DNA from: an uncultured delta proteobacterium
GTDB taxonomy: Bacteria; Desulfobacterota; Binatia; UBA9968
DNA length: 64,000 bases
Direction: 5' to 3'
Assembly: GCA_963804165.1 (NCBI GenBank)
Contig: CAWDPO010000023.1
Location: 192,001 to 256,000, forward strand
The notes under the pieces are model-generated. The model made no database searches. It worked only from the letters and a program-made list of their open reading frames with translations, and had not been told where the DNA came from. Of the stretch, positions 53,754 through 63,306 are shown in pieces. Numbering within the stretch: position 1 is the stretch's first letter; each line of letters begins with the position of its first letter. The position numbers and the translations under genes are program-made.

Positions 53754-54318
53754 GCACTGAAATACATTCAGGTGTCAAATCCTGAATGAGTTCAGACGGT
53801 GCATGCGACGACGACGCACCCGCGGGCGCTGCGTTGTCTGGAGTCGCGCGTAACGCCGGCAACGTCCGTCGTCGCCTGAATCAGAACGCCAAGCCAAAGC
53901 GCCTTTTCTTCCACAATTTATCGCCTTTCCGACAAGTGCCAGGGCTATTGACAAGGGCATCGTAAATAAATATTTTCGCACCGCCATGAATCTACGCAAT
54001 CACCCTGAATAAGCACCTGGCCGCCTAGCTGGCTTGCACTGTCGGGAACGCGGGGAAAAAATCGCCCGGTGAATCCGCCATCCTCATAAACGTTGGCCTC
54101 TCCAATATTGACCCGGTAACGATTTGTTATCTAACCGTGCAATTTGAGAATGAGGAATACTTGGGAACTCTGCTATGCAAAGAGCCTCACACTTGCCGCG
54201 CTGCGTTACCAAATCCTGCAAAACCATATCGGAAAACCGATGAGTGAGATTGGCGATTTAGACTTGCTCTACCCACAAACATGAGACCCAAGTCAGGGCT
54301 TAGAAGTAAAGGTTTTTT

Positions 54319-54531
54319 ATGCCGAATCGCGCGACCAAGCATACGTTTTCATTTAGCGTTAAATTTGAAGGCAAGAAATGCGAAGCGAACTACTCTATAC
54401 AGTCTGGCGTCGTCACTGTTACTTCCGACTACGGCTCTAAATCAGCTCTTGCTGGCGGAAAAGCTGATTTAACTGCGCGCATGTTGCTGCGCGAAATTCT
54501 TCGAGAAGCGAAAAGCCGTGGCAAACGATAA
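54319..54531 (+). CDS. Small hypothetical protein
   Basis: ATG ORF with AAAGG RBS, followed by hairpins. Confidence 0.5.
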   Translation: MPNRATKHTFSFSVKFEGKKCEANYSIQSGVVTVTSDYGSKSALAGGKADLTARMLLREILREAKSRGKR

Positions 54532-54970
54532 TTGAGCGCACCCGCTAACTCTCTCCCTCATGAGAGTTAAAAATTGAGAGAGCCGGGTGAAAGGATAGGC
54601 TCCGGCCCTCTCTCACTGGCCAACCCACGCCACACCTTTTATTTTGTGTGCGATTCAAGCGCGGCCAAGCCATAGCCCAAGCGATGATTTTCCCCCCTGC
54701 CCCGGCAGGCGGGCGCCCCCTCTTTTACTTGTAGAATCTAGCACGCGCGCTGGAATTTCGGTTAACTTTTGGCGTGGTCACTAGCAGATGACAAACCAGA
54801 TTACCGCGAGGGACGACCGTCTTTCCTGCTCGCGTCGTTAAAACCGCTTCATACACGACAACCGAGTTGGATTCCTAATCCGGTGCGGCGCTGCAACATG
54901 CCAAAGCGAAAAGATAATTTTGATGCTGTGCCCGACTTGTGCCCGCCCTGACAGCCCATCCGAGTTTCAA

Positions 54971-54999
54971 TCGTAGGAGAATTCAGTTCAATCGTAACG
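54971..54999 (+). repeat. Cassette site S2 (right half)
   Basis: TCGTAGGAGA-ATTCAGTTCAATCGTAACG. Confidence 0.78.
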
Positions 55000-55169
55000 T
55001 TTCGGGTGGGCGGTGCTTCGAGCGTCGGTCTCAACCCGAGGAGTTGGTGAAGCGGCAGCACAATCGCCTGTGATTGAGAAACGTGATGACCGCACATCAA
55101 TTGTTTCTCTCGGAAGGTCTTGCCTCAGCGTTTCTTCTTTCCAGTTTTTGCTTTGGTGGCCAGGTCATG

Positions 55170-56084
55170 CTAGGCGGAAAGCGCTTTCGCGGCGCCCTTG
55201 ATCTTTTCCGGTCCTTCTGTCGTCAACTCGTTGACGAGTTTGACAAAGTTGGGATGCTCCAATCCCGATACCAGGAAAGTCCATCTCCAGGCGCGATGGG
55301 TCTTTGTCGAAATCTCCTCTTTCTCGGCTTCCGTGAACTTGCGGCCGGTCACGTTCTGCAGAGTCTCTATGTTCAGCTGGATCTGCTGCAACAGTAACCC
55401 GTCGATAGCTCCCCCAAGTTCGAGGAGCTCATCGACAGCAGTTTCTCGCTCCTTGAGGGTCGCCGTCTCCGCAATCTCGTCGATTAGCATGGTGTCAAGT
55501 TTGGCGTGTTGTGCCTCTTCCATCCAATGAAATCTCAAAAGATCGCGGAACAGCTCATCGAGACCCGAGGCATCACGCACGTGTTCGACGTAATGGAGCT
55601 GGGTAAACCATTCGATTACCGTGGTCAAGTACAGCGCGGCCAGCACCGACTTGCTCAGGACGACCTTCGCCACATCCTCCCGACCGGGGATTAAGCCGCA
55701 CTGCGCGCCGAAACCTTGGTCGAACAAGACCACCGCGCGGCGAAAGAGCTCCTGATGCTTGAGCTCCTCCTCTGCGAACCGCAGCAGCGAACGGAGCCTG
55801 ACTTTCTCCCCGTAGGCGTCCTTCAACGCCGCTTGCGTCACCATGGGAATAATAAATTCCTCCACGAAAGCGAAGATATGGCAGTAGGCGTTGCCCATGA
55901 TCTGGTTCAACTGGCGCTTCTCGTTGTCGTTCAGACATGTGATGTTGTCAACACCGCTCAATCGATTCGGCAGGAAACGCTTCGAGAAATCGAAATTCTT
56001 CCCTGCAAAAACATCGTCCTCTTTCCACGCTACCTTCTTGGAATTGTCGAGACATTCCTGGTAGGAGTAATTGTGCGAAAGCAT
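55170..56084 (-). CDS. Ferritin-like diiron protein (AurF-like oxygenase candidate)
   Basis: EEELKH and EEAQH ExxH pairs; GAAGAGG RBS. Confidence 0.8.
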   Translation of the reverse strand: MLSHNYSYQECLDNSKKVAWKEDDVFAGKNFDFSKRFLPNRLSGVDNITCLNDNEKRQLNQIMGNAYCHIFAFVEEFIIPMVTQAALKDAYGEKVRLRSLLRFAEEELKHQELFRRAVVLFDQGFGAQCGLIPGREDVAKVVLSKSVLAALYLTTVIEWFTQLHYVEHVRDASGLDELFRDLLRFHWMEEAQHAKLDTMLIDEIAETATLKERETAVDELLELGGAIDGLLLQQIQLNIETLQNVTGRKFTEAEKEEISTKTHRAWRWTFLVSGLEHPNFVKLVNELTTEGPEKIKGAAKALSA

Positions 56085-56206
56085 CGCGCACCTCTTCAAC
56101 GTAAAGAGATTTTAGGCTTCGTCGAATGATTCTGAAAAACCCAACACACTCTGGCTAGCCCACGCTATTTTATCAGTTCGATCAAAGTCAAGCTTATTAT
56201 CGCCGC

Positions 56207-56277
56207 AGGATTGAACTGGAACGCAACAGTCGCGTCTTGTAGGATTAAGTCGTTGGAGAATACAATTCAATCCTAGC
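56207..56277 (+). repeat. Cassette site S3 (complete hairpin)
   Basis: AGGATTGAACTG...GGAGA-ATACAATTCAATCCT; alignable to S6 along its length. Confidence 0.82.
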
Positions 56278-56298
56278 TCGCCGCGTCGCTTTGTTCGG

Positions 56299-57284
56299 TT
56301 ACTTGATCACCTGATTCGCCCGCTCGAGCACGCGGGGCGGAATTGTCAGACCGATCTGCTTCGCCGTTTTCAGATTGATCACAAACTCAAACTTCGTTGC
56401 CTGCTGCACCGGCAAATCAGCCGGTTTGGCGCCTTTTAAAATCTTGTCGACGTAAACCGCCGCGCGCCGATAGAGGTCATCGTATTCCGTCCCGTAGAAC
56501 ATGAGGCCGCCCTCTTCGACAAACCCCTTATCAAAGTAAATAGCCGGCAACCGATATTTGTCGGCAAGCTCCACGATCCGCTTTCTTTCGGCGAAAAATC
56601 TGCGATTGGAGGTCGTCATAATCGCGCCAACCTGTTTTTGCTTTGCGGTTTGAAAGGCGCGCTCTAAATCTTTGGGGTCGGCTTGAGCCTCGATCTCGTC
56701 CAATTTGAGCTTCAGCGCCAGAGCCGCAGGCTTGATCTCTTTCAATTGAAAGTTTCCTGGTCCGGCTGCCGGAGTCCACAGAAGTCCAACTCGGCCGAGC
56801 TTGGGCACCGCGTCGTTGAGTATCTCTAGTCTTTTGGTATTCAGTTCTACTGATTGAGCAGTAAAACCCGTCACATTCCCACCCGGCCGGGCTAGACTGG
56901 CAACCAATCCTGCGCCTATAGGGTTCGCAGCGCTCGTCATTACGATGGGAATGGTAGCGGTGGCGCTCTGGCCGCTAACGCCGCTACTGTCCCGGTAACC
57001 ACAATCAGATCGATCTTAAGACGAACCAGCTCCCCCGCAAGCTCAGTTAGTCTTTCAGTCTTTTGCTCGGCAAACCGGTACTCGATGGTGAGATTCTTTC
57101 CTTCATTCCATCCAAACTTGCTCAGCTCTTGCCGGAACGCGTCCACGAGGACTGCATTGCCAGAAGCAGTGCTTGGATCCAGCAAACCTATGCGGAAGAT
57201 TTTCCCTGTCGGCTGCGCCTCGACTATGGCCACAAAAGCAAGCAGGACCACTACAAACAGGATTGAGAAAATGGCTTTCCTCAT
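56299..57284 (-). CDS. ABC substrate-binding protein (PF04392-like), one frameshift near 56965
   Basis: Signal peptide, [26 protein letters not shown]. Confidence 0.9.
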
Positions 57285-57923
57285 TGCACATACCATTACC
57301 CGTCATGTGTATCACGTGGAACGGTAGTAGAGAACAGTGAAATTTACGACGGGAAGACGGCAGTTTTTCGTCGCATGGGAAGACCGAAGTGAGTCGTGGC
57401 GTAGGGAGTCAATCGAATGTCGCCGAAGGTCAAGAAAAAGACGCTTGAGGGCCTTTATAGAAGTGCGGGTCTGGATCATTGTGGATAAGACACACTTAGG
57501 GGAGCGAGTACTATGCACATCACCGCCGGACCTTGGCCACGTTTCTCTATCGCAACTTTGGTTATTGGCCTGTGGATGCTGTGGCGGAGAAAGCAGAATT
57601 AACTTTGAGCCCGCGATGGTTTTGCGTGCAATCCTAATTTTGGTCACCGAGTTGCGACTAATTCGTCGAAACAAAACTGCGCCCCTGGGTGAGCGTCTGG
57701 CGTTTTTCGGTACGCGCGCCCATCCCATATGACCGTGAAGCTATTGGCCGCATCATGGATGATCTCGCAAGGCTATCGCTTCATTGAAGACGCAGAAGTC
57801 AAAGCCGCGATTCTCGAAGTGCTGATCGACTTGGGTCGTCAATTGGGCGAGCTTGGGACACCCAACTATCATTGACCGTGGTTTCTGCACCTGTTCAAAC
57901 AAATTTGAAAGAAAGGCAAAACA

Positions 57924-58076
57924 ATGAAAGCGGAGAAGGACGATGGGTATAAGTGCCCACGATGTGACGACCACATTCCGGAGCAGTTCTACTGCCGCGA
58001 CTGCGGCTACGTGCCGAACTGGAGGCAGATTGAAACGACAAGACCCACAGAGAAGCGGCATAACTCATGGAGCTGA
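57924..58076 (+). CDS. 50-aa zinc-ribbon microprotein
   Basis: My translation: MKAEKDDGYKCPRCDDHIPEQFYCRDCGYVPNW...; GAAAGG RBS; below the ORF-track cutoff. Confidence 0.6.
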   Translation: MKAEKDDGYKCPRCDDHIPEQFYCRDCGYVPNWRQIETTRPTEKRHNSWS

Positions 58077-58098
58077 GATGTCCTATCTAAATTCGACT

Positions 58099-58510
58099 GT
58101 GATGACTTTCGTCTCCCTGCCAACGGCCTTGAACAACCGAAAACCGCTGATTGCCATCGTTGATGACGATGAGCCTGTCTGCCGTGCAGTGAGACGACTG
58201 GTGCGATCGGTGGCGATGGACGCGGAAACATTCAACTTCAGGACAACAGTTTCTCGATCTGCTTGAAGCGATGCCTTCGTTTCAACCCAAATGTTTGATT
58301 CTGGATGTGCAAATGCCGGAGATGAATGGTCTTGAAGTCCAAGATTGGCTCGTGAAAAACGGCAACACGGTTCCCGTGATTTTTATCACGGCGCACGATG
58401 AGGTCGGCGTCCGTGACAAGGCGCTAGCCGCTGGCGCAGTTGCGTTTTTGCGTAAGCCTTTCAACGACGAGCTTTTGATCAAGACGCTTCGCGAGGCGCT
58501 GAAGGACTGA
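58099..58510 (+). CDS. FixJ-like receiver-only response regulator (frameshift near 58237)
   Basis: IAIVDDD, LDVQMP, FITAH, KPF. Confidence 0.8.
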
Positions 58511-58511
58511 T

Positions 58512-58540
58512 TTGAAGGAGAATTCAGTTCAATCCTGGCG
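58512..58540 (+). repeat. Cassette site S4 (right half)
   Basis: TTGAAGGAGA-ATTCAGTTCAATCCTGGCG. Confidence 0.82.
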
Positions 58541-58569
58541 TCGCAGTTTGTTTTCCCGGCATCATCGAA

Positions 58570-59524
58570 TCACTTTATCCGACCTGGCCAATACATTCCG
58601 CGGAATCGTCAGGCCGACCTGCTTTGCGGCTAACTAAAGTCGATCCATCCCACCAGCGCGGTGCCGAAATGCTCGCCATCAACGACCCGGAACGAGCATT
58701 CAAGTGACCTGCACGTAGCGACCCTTCTCGATCTCATAACCACGCACAAGGTGATGGCGCTCTAAGACTTCGTTACAGACTGCACAGAGATGGCGGTGTT
58801 TGAGGCGTGACCCGCATTGGGCGTGTAAAAGATTGAAGAATGGTCGCTGTGTGGAGCTCGACCGGGATGGCACCAAGCCAAATGGCCAGGAGGTCTTCGA
58901 TGGCTCGATGCGGCGCGGGGCATCGGCTACCGGGCACCAAGCGATGAAGGCTTAAAGAAACAGATTGCACTGCCCTATCTTGATGGCGCTCTGGATCGTG
59001 CGCGAAAGCTCGAATAAAACTCCATTACGACGGACGGTGCATCTTTCCATCTGCTACTCTTAAATCCATGGCTCGCCCCATTGCCCGGAGCGTTCTGCGC
59101 TTTCAGAGCAGCGATGAACCTCCGGGCATACTCCAGTGATCGAACCCGCTGGCAACAGGATCGCCGTCCTGCGCAAAGACAATGGGAATCGTGGTCGTCG
59201 CTTTCTTGGCGGCACGGGTTACCGACGGACCAGCCGTTACGATGACATCGACCTTGAGACGCACCAGCTCGGCCGCAAGCTCACGCTCGCGATCCGCTTT
59301 TCCCTCTGCGTATCGATACTCAACGTCGATGTTTTCCCCCTCCACGTACGCCAGCTCGCGCAGCCCTGCCGGAATGCCGCGACGCGAGCGACAACGGCGG
59401 CGGGTTTGGTGTCAGCTAGGAATCCTATCCGTGAGACCTTCTTCGGCTGTTGCGCACCGGCTCTGACTGCGAAAGCAAGCAGTACCACTACAAACAGGAT
59501 TGATAAGGCACCCGCTTTCTTCAT
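58570..59524 (-). pseudogene. ABC substrate-binding protein pseudogene with its middle replaced by foreign DNA
   Basis: N-terminal part to DPVASGF at 59140-59524; C-terminal AAKQVGLTIPRNVLAR at 58570-58630. Confidence 0.85.
58700..58923 (-). pseudogene. ku: Ku protein N-terminal remnant
   Basis: FGLV / IPVELHTAT / FNLLHAQCGSRL..CAVCNEVLERHHLVRGYEIEKGRYVQV across frameshifts. Confidence 0.72.
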
Positions 59525-59627
59525 TGCACACACATGTATCACGCGGGACGCTACCAGAGAGAAAGTAACATTTAGGACGGAGGGCGACAGCGATTCTTCG
59601 GGTGAGAAAACCAGATTTTAAGCGTGA

Positions 59628-59688
59628 GATTGAACTGAACGACGCTTCAATGTAGATGCTGGCGGAGATTAAGCATTGAAGGAGAATT
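59628..59688 (+). repeat. Cassette site S5, left part (right part displaced to 62215-62233)
   Basis: GATTGAACTGAAC-GACG-CTTCAATG..CATTGAAG-GAGA-ATT. Confidence 0.85.
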
Positions 59689-59835
59689 GGACTAAACCGC
59701 TTCGCGGTAGGCCGGAGGGCCGGAGTCCCTGCCATGACGTTCTTCCTGCTTTAGTTTTGCAGTTATCATTTTTTTGACGGTGTGTCGTGTCGCAGTGATA
59801 GCCTCAGTGAAAATTTTTCACTCAAGGAGGCTGTC

Positions 59836-60681
59836 ATGGGAGCATTACGAGACCGGATGATCGAGGAGATGAAGCTGCGGAACTTTTCGGCTGCAACACA
59901 GAAGACGTACGTCTACGCGGTGACACGGCTAGCGAAATATCATGGCAAAGCGCCGGACCAGCTCGGTAAGGAGGAGATCCGAGCCTTTCTTGTGCATCTG
60001 ATAGTGGAGCGGAAGTTATCGCCCAATGGTCTGACCGGCTACTGCTCGGGGCTGCGGTTTTTCTATAACGAGACTCTGGGATGGGACGAGAACAAGCTGT
60101 TCATTCCACCGCGCAAGCAATCGTCACCTCTGGCGGAGGTCTTCAGTCCCGAGGAAATCGTGCGTCTGATCCGCGCGGCCCGAGGTCTCAAGCAGCGTGT
60201 GCTGTTAATGACCGCCTACTCGGCTGGACTGCGAGTCAGCGAGTTAGTCAATCTCAAGGTCAACGACATCGATCCGGCGCGCATGACGCTACGTATCAGG
60301 CAAGGTAAAGGCGGCAAAGACCGTTACGCGATTTTGTCGCAGAACCTCCTTGCGGAACTGCGTGTGTATTGGAAACGCTACCGGTCCGCGGTCTGGCTTT
60401 TCCCCAACCGAGCCAAGAACGGCCCTTTGAGTCGAAACGAAGCGTGGCACATCTTCAATTCGGTCAAGAGAAGAGCGGGCCTTAAAAAGGGCCGTGGCAT
60501 ACACAGCCTGCGGGCATGTTTTGCCACTCATCTGTTGGAAGCGGGTGTGGACCTACGCTCGATCCAGTTGTTGATGGGGCACACCTCGCTTATGTCTACC
60601 CAGCGCTACTTGAGGCTATCGCCACAGAGCGTCAACCGTGCCCTTAGTCCGCTCGACCGATTACCGTTAACGACGGTCTAA
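59836..60681 (+). CDS. Tyrosine recombinase with N-terminal SAM-like domain
   Basis: GLRVSE, GKGGKDR, HSLR, LMGH and TQRY give R-K-H-R-H-Y; AAGGAGG RBS. Confidence 0.95.
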   Translation: MGALRDRMIEEMKLRNFSAATQKTYVYAVTRLAKYHGKAPDQLGKEEIRAFLVHLIVERKLSPNGLTGYCSGLRFFYNETLGWDENKLFIPPRKQSSPLAEVFSPEEIVRLIRAARGLKQRVLLMTAYSAGLRVSELVNLKVNDIDPARMTLRIRQGKGGKDRYAILSQNLLAELRVYWKRYRSAVWLFPNRAKNGPLSRNEAWHIFNSVKRRAGLKKGRGIHSLRACFATHLLEAGVDLRSIQLLMGHTSLMSTQRYLRLSPQSVNRALSPLDRLPLTTV

Positions 60682-60684
60682 GCC

Positions 60685-61875
60685 GTGGGCGCCGGCTCTG
60701 GACAGCCGGCAGCAAGAGGCGGCGTTGAACTGGCCGATATTTTTCGCGCCTATGGCGAGTCGTATCGCCGCCACCATCCGTTGCCGGTCTCCCATCTTAA
60801 GGTTATGCAGGCCGTGGAGCGCTGTCGCACTGCAGCTCTCGGAGGCCACCTCCAGCAGTGTGATGCCTGTGGCTTCGAGCGTCCCGCCTACAACTCCTGC
60901 CGCAATCGACACTGCCCTAAATGCCAATCGTTGGCGAAGGTCAAATGGCTCGATAAACAAAAGTCAGAACTGTTGCCGACCGGATATTTTCATCTGGTCT
61001 TTACCTTGCCGCACGAATTGAACCCGTTGATCCTGATCAACAAGAAACCTCTCATCAATATCCTGTTTCAATCGGTCTGGCAGACCTTGGCGCAGTTTGC
61101 CCGGAGTCATCTCGGTGGGAGCTTGGGGATCACCGCAGTTCTGCACACCTGGGACCAGACCCTGTTGGATCATTTTCATCTGCACTGTCTGGTTCCCGCC
61201 GGCGCGTTGTCCTTTGATCGAAACCGCTGGGTCCCGGCGCGTCAGGACTTTCTCTTTCCAGTCAAAGCCCTGAGCCGGGTCTTCCGCGCTAAGTTTCTCG
61301 ACTCGCTCAAAAAGAGCTTCGATCAAAGCAAGTTGCTCTTCGTCGGACAGATCGCGCCCTTGGCCGACGCCGACAGCTTTGGTGTACTTCTCAATGGATT
61401 GCGGAAAAAACCGTGGGTGGTCTATGCCAAAAAACCATTTGGCTCTCCCGTCTATGTCCTTGATTACTTAGCTCGCTACACTCATCGTGTAGCACTCTCC
61501 AACGATCGCATCTGCTCGCTCCACAACCGGGAGGTCACCTTCACGTACCGCGATCGGAAAAATGAAGATCGACGTAAATTGATGACGCTGGGGGCCGAGG
61601 AGTTCATTCGACGCTTTTTGCTCCACGTCATCCCCAAGGGTTTCATGCGGGTGCGCCACTACGGCTTTTTAGCCAACCACCGCAAAGATTGTCTGTCGAA
61701 GTGTCGTCAACTCGTGGGACTTTCACCTGCACTCATCCCACCTCCTCAACGCTCTCCTGACGAGTTGATGCTGGCACTGAGGGGCATCGATATCCATCGC
61801 TGCCCCCGCTGCCAGACCGGAACGCTGATGTGGGTCTTCGACTTGGCGGTCTCCCGACCGTGGGATTCGTCGTGA
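60685..61875 (+). CDS. IS91-family (Y2 HUH) transposase with zinc-binding domain
   Basis: CRT..LGG..C..CG..SCRNRHCPKC, HLVFTLP, HTW..HFHLH, YLARY, RHYGFLAN. Confidence 0.95.
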   Translation: MGAGSGQPAARGGVELADIFRAYGESYRRHHPLPVSHLKVMQAVERCRTAALGGHLQQCDACGFERPAYNSCRNRHCPKCQSLAKVKWLDKQKSELLPTGYFHLVFTLPHELNPLILINKKPLINILFQSVWQTLAQFARSHLGGSLGITAVLHTWDQTLLDHFHLHCLVPAGALSFDRNRWVPARQDFLFPVKALSRVFRAKFLDSLKKSFDQSKLLFVGQIAPLADADSFGVLLNGLRKKPWVVYAKKPFGSPVYVLDYLARYTHRVALSNDRICSLHNREVTFTYRDRKNEDRRKLMTLGAEEFIRRFLLHVIPKGFMRVRHYGFLANHRKDCLSKCRQLVGLSPALIPPPQRSPDELMLALRGIDIHRCPRCQTGTLMWVFDLAVSRPWDSS

Positions 61876-62233
61876 AGATCGCTCGATCAAATCAAAACCA
61901 GAGTCTTGCTGTTGCTCAGTGCCGGAGCCAATGCAGCGCTGTATTCTGTTCCGCCATTTTCCCTGCTACTAGCCCGCGCTACAGTGCGCGCAGCTCCCTG
62001 CTCGCCGCTACAAACCACATCCCATACCGCCCCATCATCTTGTTGCTCACCACTCAGCAGCGTCCGTTTACCTCATCCTTTCCTGTTCAATCCCCATAGG
62101 CAACGACTCTTGCCTCTCCCAGCGCTTTAGTCCAATGGGTTTTAACCTGAATGCGCCCGTTCTTCCCAGCTATCACCGATCGTTCTGCGCTCGCATTCAG
62201 GTTAAAACCTGTACATTCAGTTCAATCCTGGCG

Positions 62234-63208
62234 TTACTTAATCACCTTGTCAGCCCGTGCCAGCACATTTGGCGGAATCGTGAGACCGATCTGCTTCGCC
62301 GTCTTCAGATTGATCACCAGCTCGAACTTCGTCGGGGCTTCAACGGGCAAGTCCGCAGGCTTGGTCCCTTTCAGAATCTTATCCACATAGGTTGCGGCGC
62401 GGCGGTACAAGGTAGTGTAGTCCGACCCGTAGGACATAAGGCCGCCCGCCTCCACAAACTCTTTCTCCCAGTACATCGCTGGCAGTCGATGCTTAGCGAC
62501 GAGTTCAACAATGCGCTTCCTGTTCGCGCTCGGGACAGGACCTTGGATCACGAGCAGCGCGTCGGCGCGCCTCTGGCTCAAGGCGCCGAACGACGGTTCG
62601 AGATCCTCCCGTCGTCTTATCTCAAGGGATAACGGCGTTAACCCCAGCGATGGTGCCACCGCCTCGGTCTCCTTGAATGCGACGACGGACGCTGTACCTT
62701 CTGGATTCCAGAGGATCGCCACCCGAGATGCCTTCGGCAAAACCTCCTTGATCAGTTCAAGCCCTTTAGTGCTCAACTCTGGAGAGAGGGTCGTGTTTCC
62801 AGTCACGTTGCCTCCGGGGCGTGCAAGGCTCGCGACAAGACCGATTCTCACAGGGTCGCCGCCCGCTGCGATCACGATCGGGATTGTCTTGGTTGCTTTG
62901 GCCGCCGCTCTCGCGGCCGTTAGGCCTCCCGTAACGATGACATCCATTTTGAGCCGTACTAGTTCAGTGGCTAGCTCAGGGTATTTCTCTGTTCGTCCTT
63001 CTGGATCTCGCTGTTCGATTATGATGCTCTTCCCCTCGATGTACCCGAGTTCGCGCAGACCCTGTTGAAAGGCATCGACGCGCTGCTGACCACCGCTCAC
63101 GAGCATGCCTACTCGCGGAACTTTCGCCGGCTGCTGCGCCTCGACTATAACTGCAACAGCAAGCAGTATCACGGCAACCAACGCCGACGCCCAGCCCGCT
63201 TTTTTCAT
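62234..63208 (-). CDS. ABC substrate-binding protein (PF04392-like), intact
   Basis: Signal peptide, [48 protein letters not shown]. Confidence 0.94.
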   Translation of the reverse strand: MKKAGWASALVAVILLAVAVIVEAQQPAKVPRVGMLVSGGQQRVDAFQQGLRELGYIEGKSIIIEQRDPEGRTEKYPELATELVRLKMDVIVTGGLTAARAAAKATKTIPIVIAAGGDPVRIGLVASLARPGGNVTGNTTLSPELSTKGLELIKEVLPKASRVAILWNPEGTASVVAFKETEAVAPSLGLTPLSLEIRRREDLEPSFGALSQRRADALLVIQGPVPSANRKRIVELVAKHRLPAMYWEKEFVEAGGLMSYGSDYTTLYRRAATYVDKILKGTKPADLPVEAPTKFELVINLKTAKQIGLTIPPNVLARADKVIK

Positions 63209-63306
63209 GGCCGCTACATTACCACGCGGAGCCTAGCGATGAAAAGTGTGATTTGCCGCAATAGAAGAACCAGAGTCTTCGAGGGGAAGAAGACCAATTT
63301 CGACGT

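Larger units (their letters stand above)
59686..62214 (+). mobile_element. Tyrosine recombinase + IS91-like transposase element inserted at the ATT core of site S5
   Basis: Starts ATTGGACTAAACCGC; complementary arm GCGCTTTAGTCCAAT at 62122-36; 18-bp perfect hairpin 62138-62209; flanks rejoin into an intact site. Confidence 0.88.

Noticed and set aside
53986-54270. Possible decayed gene (MNLRNHP..WPP.W..EIGDLDL)
   Set aside because: Multiple frame breaks and no family I can name with confidence.
59836-60681. Integrase as a classical integron integrase IntI
   Set aside because: Only 281 aa, with no visible IntI-specific insertion before the HxxR motif; it is coupled to an IS91-like gene and the sites use ATT.
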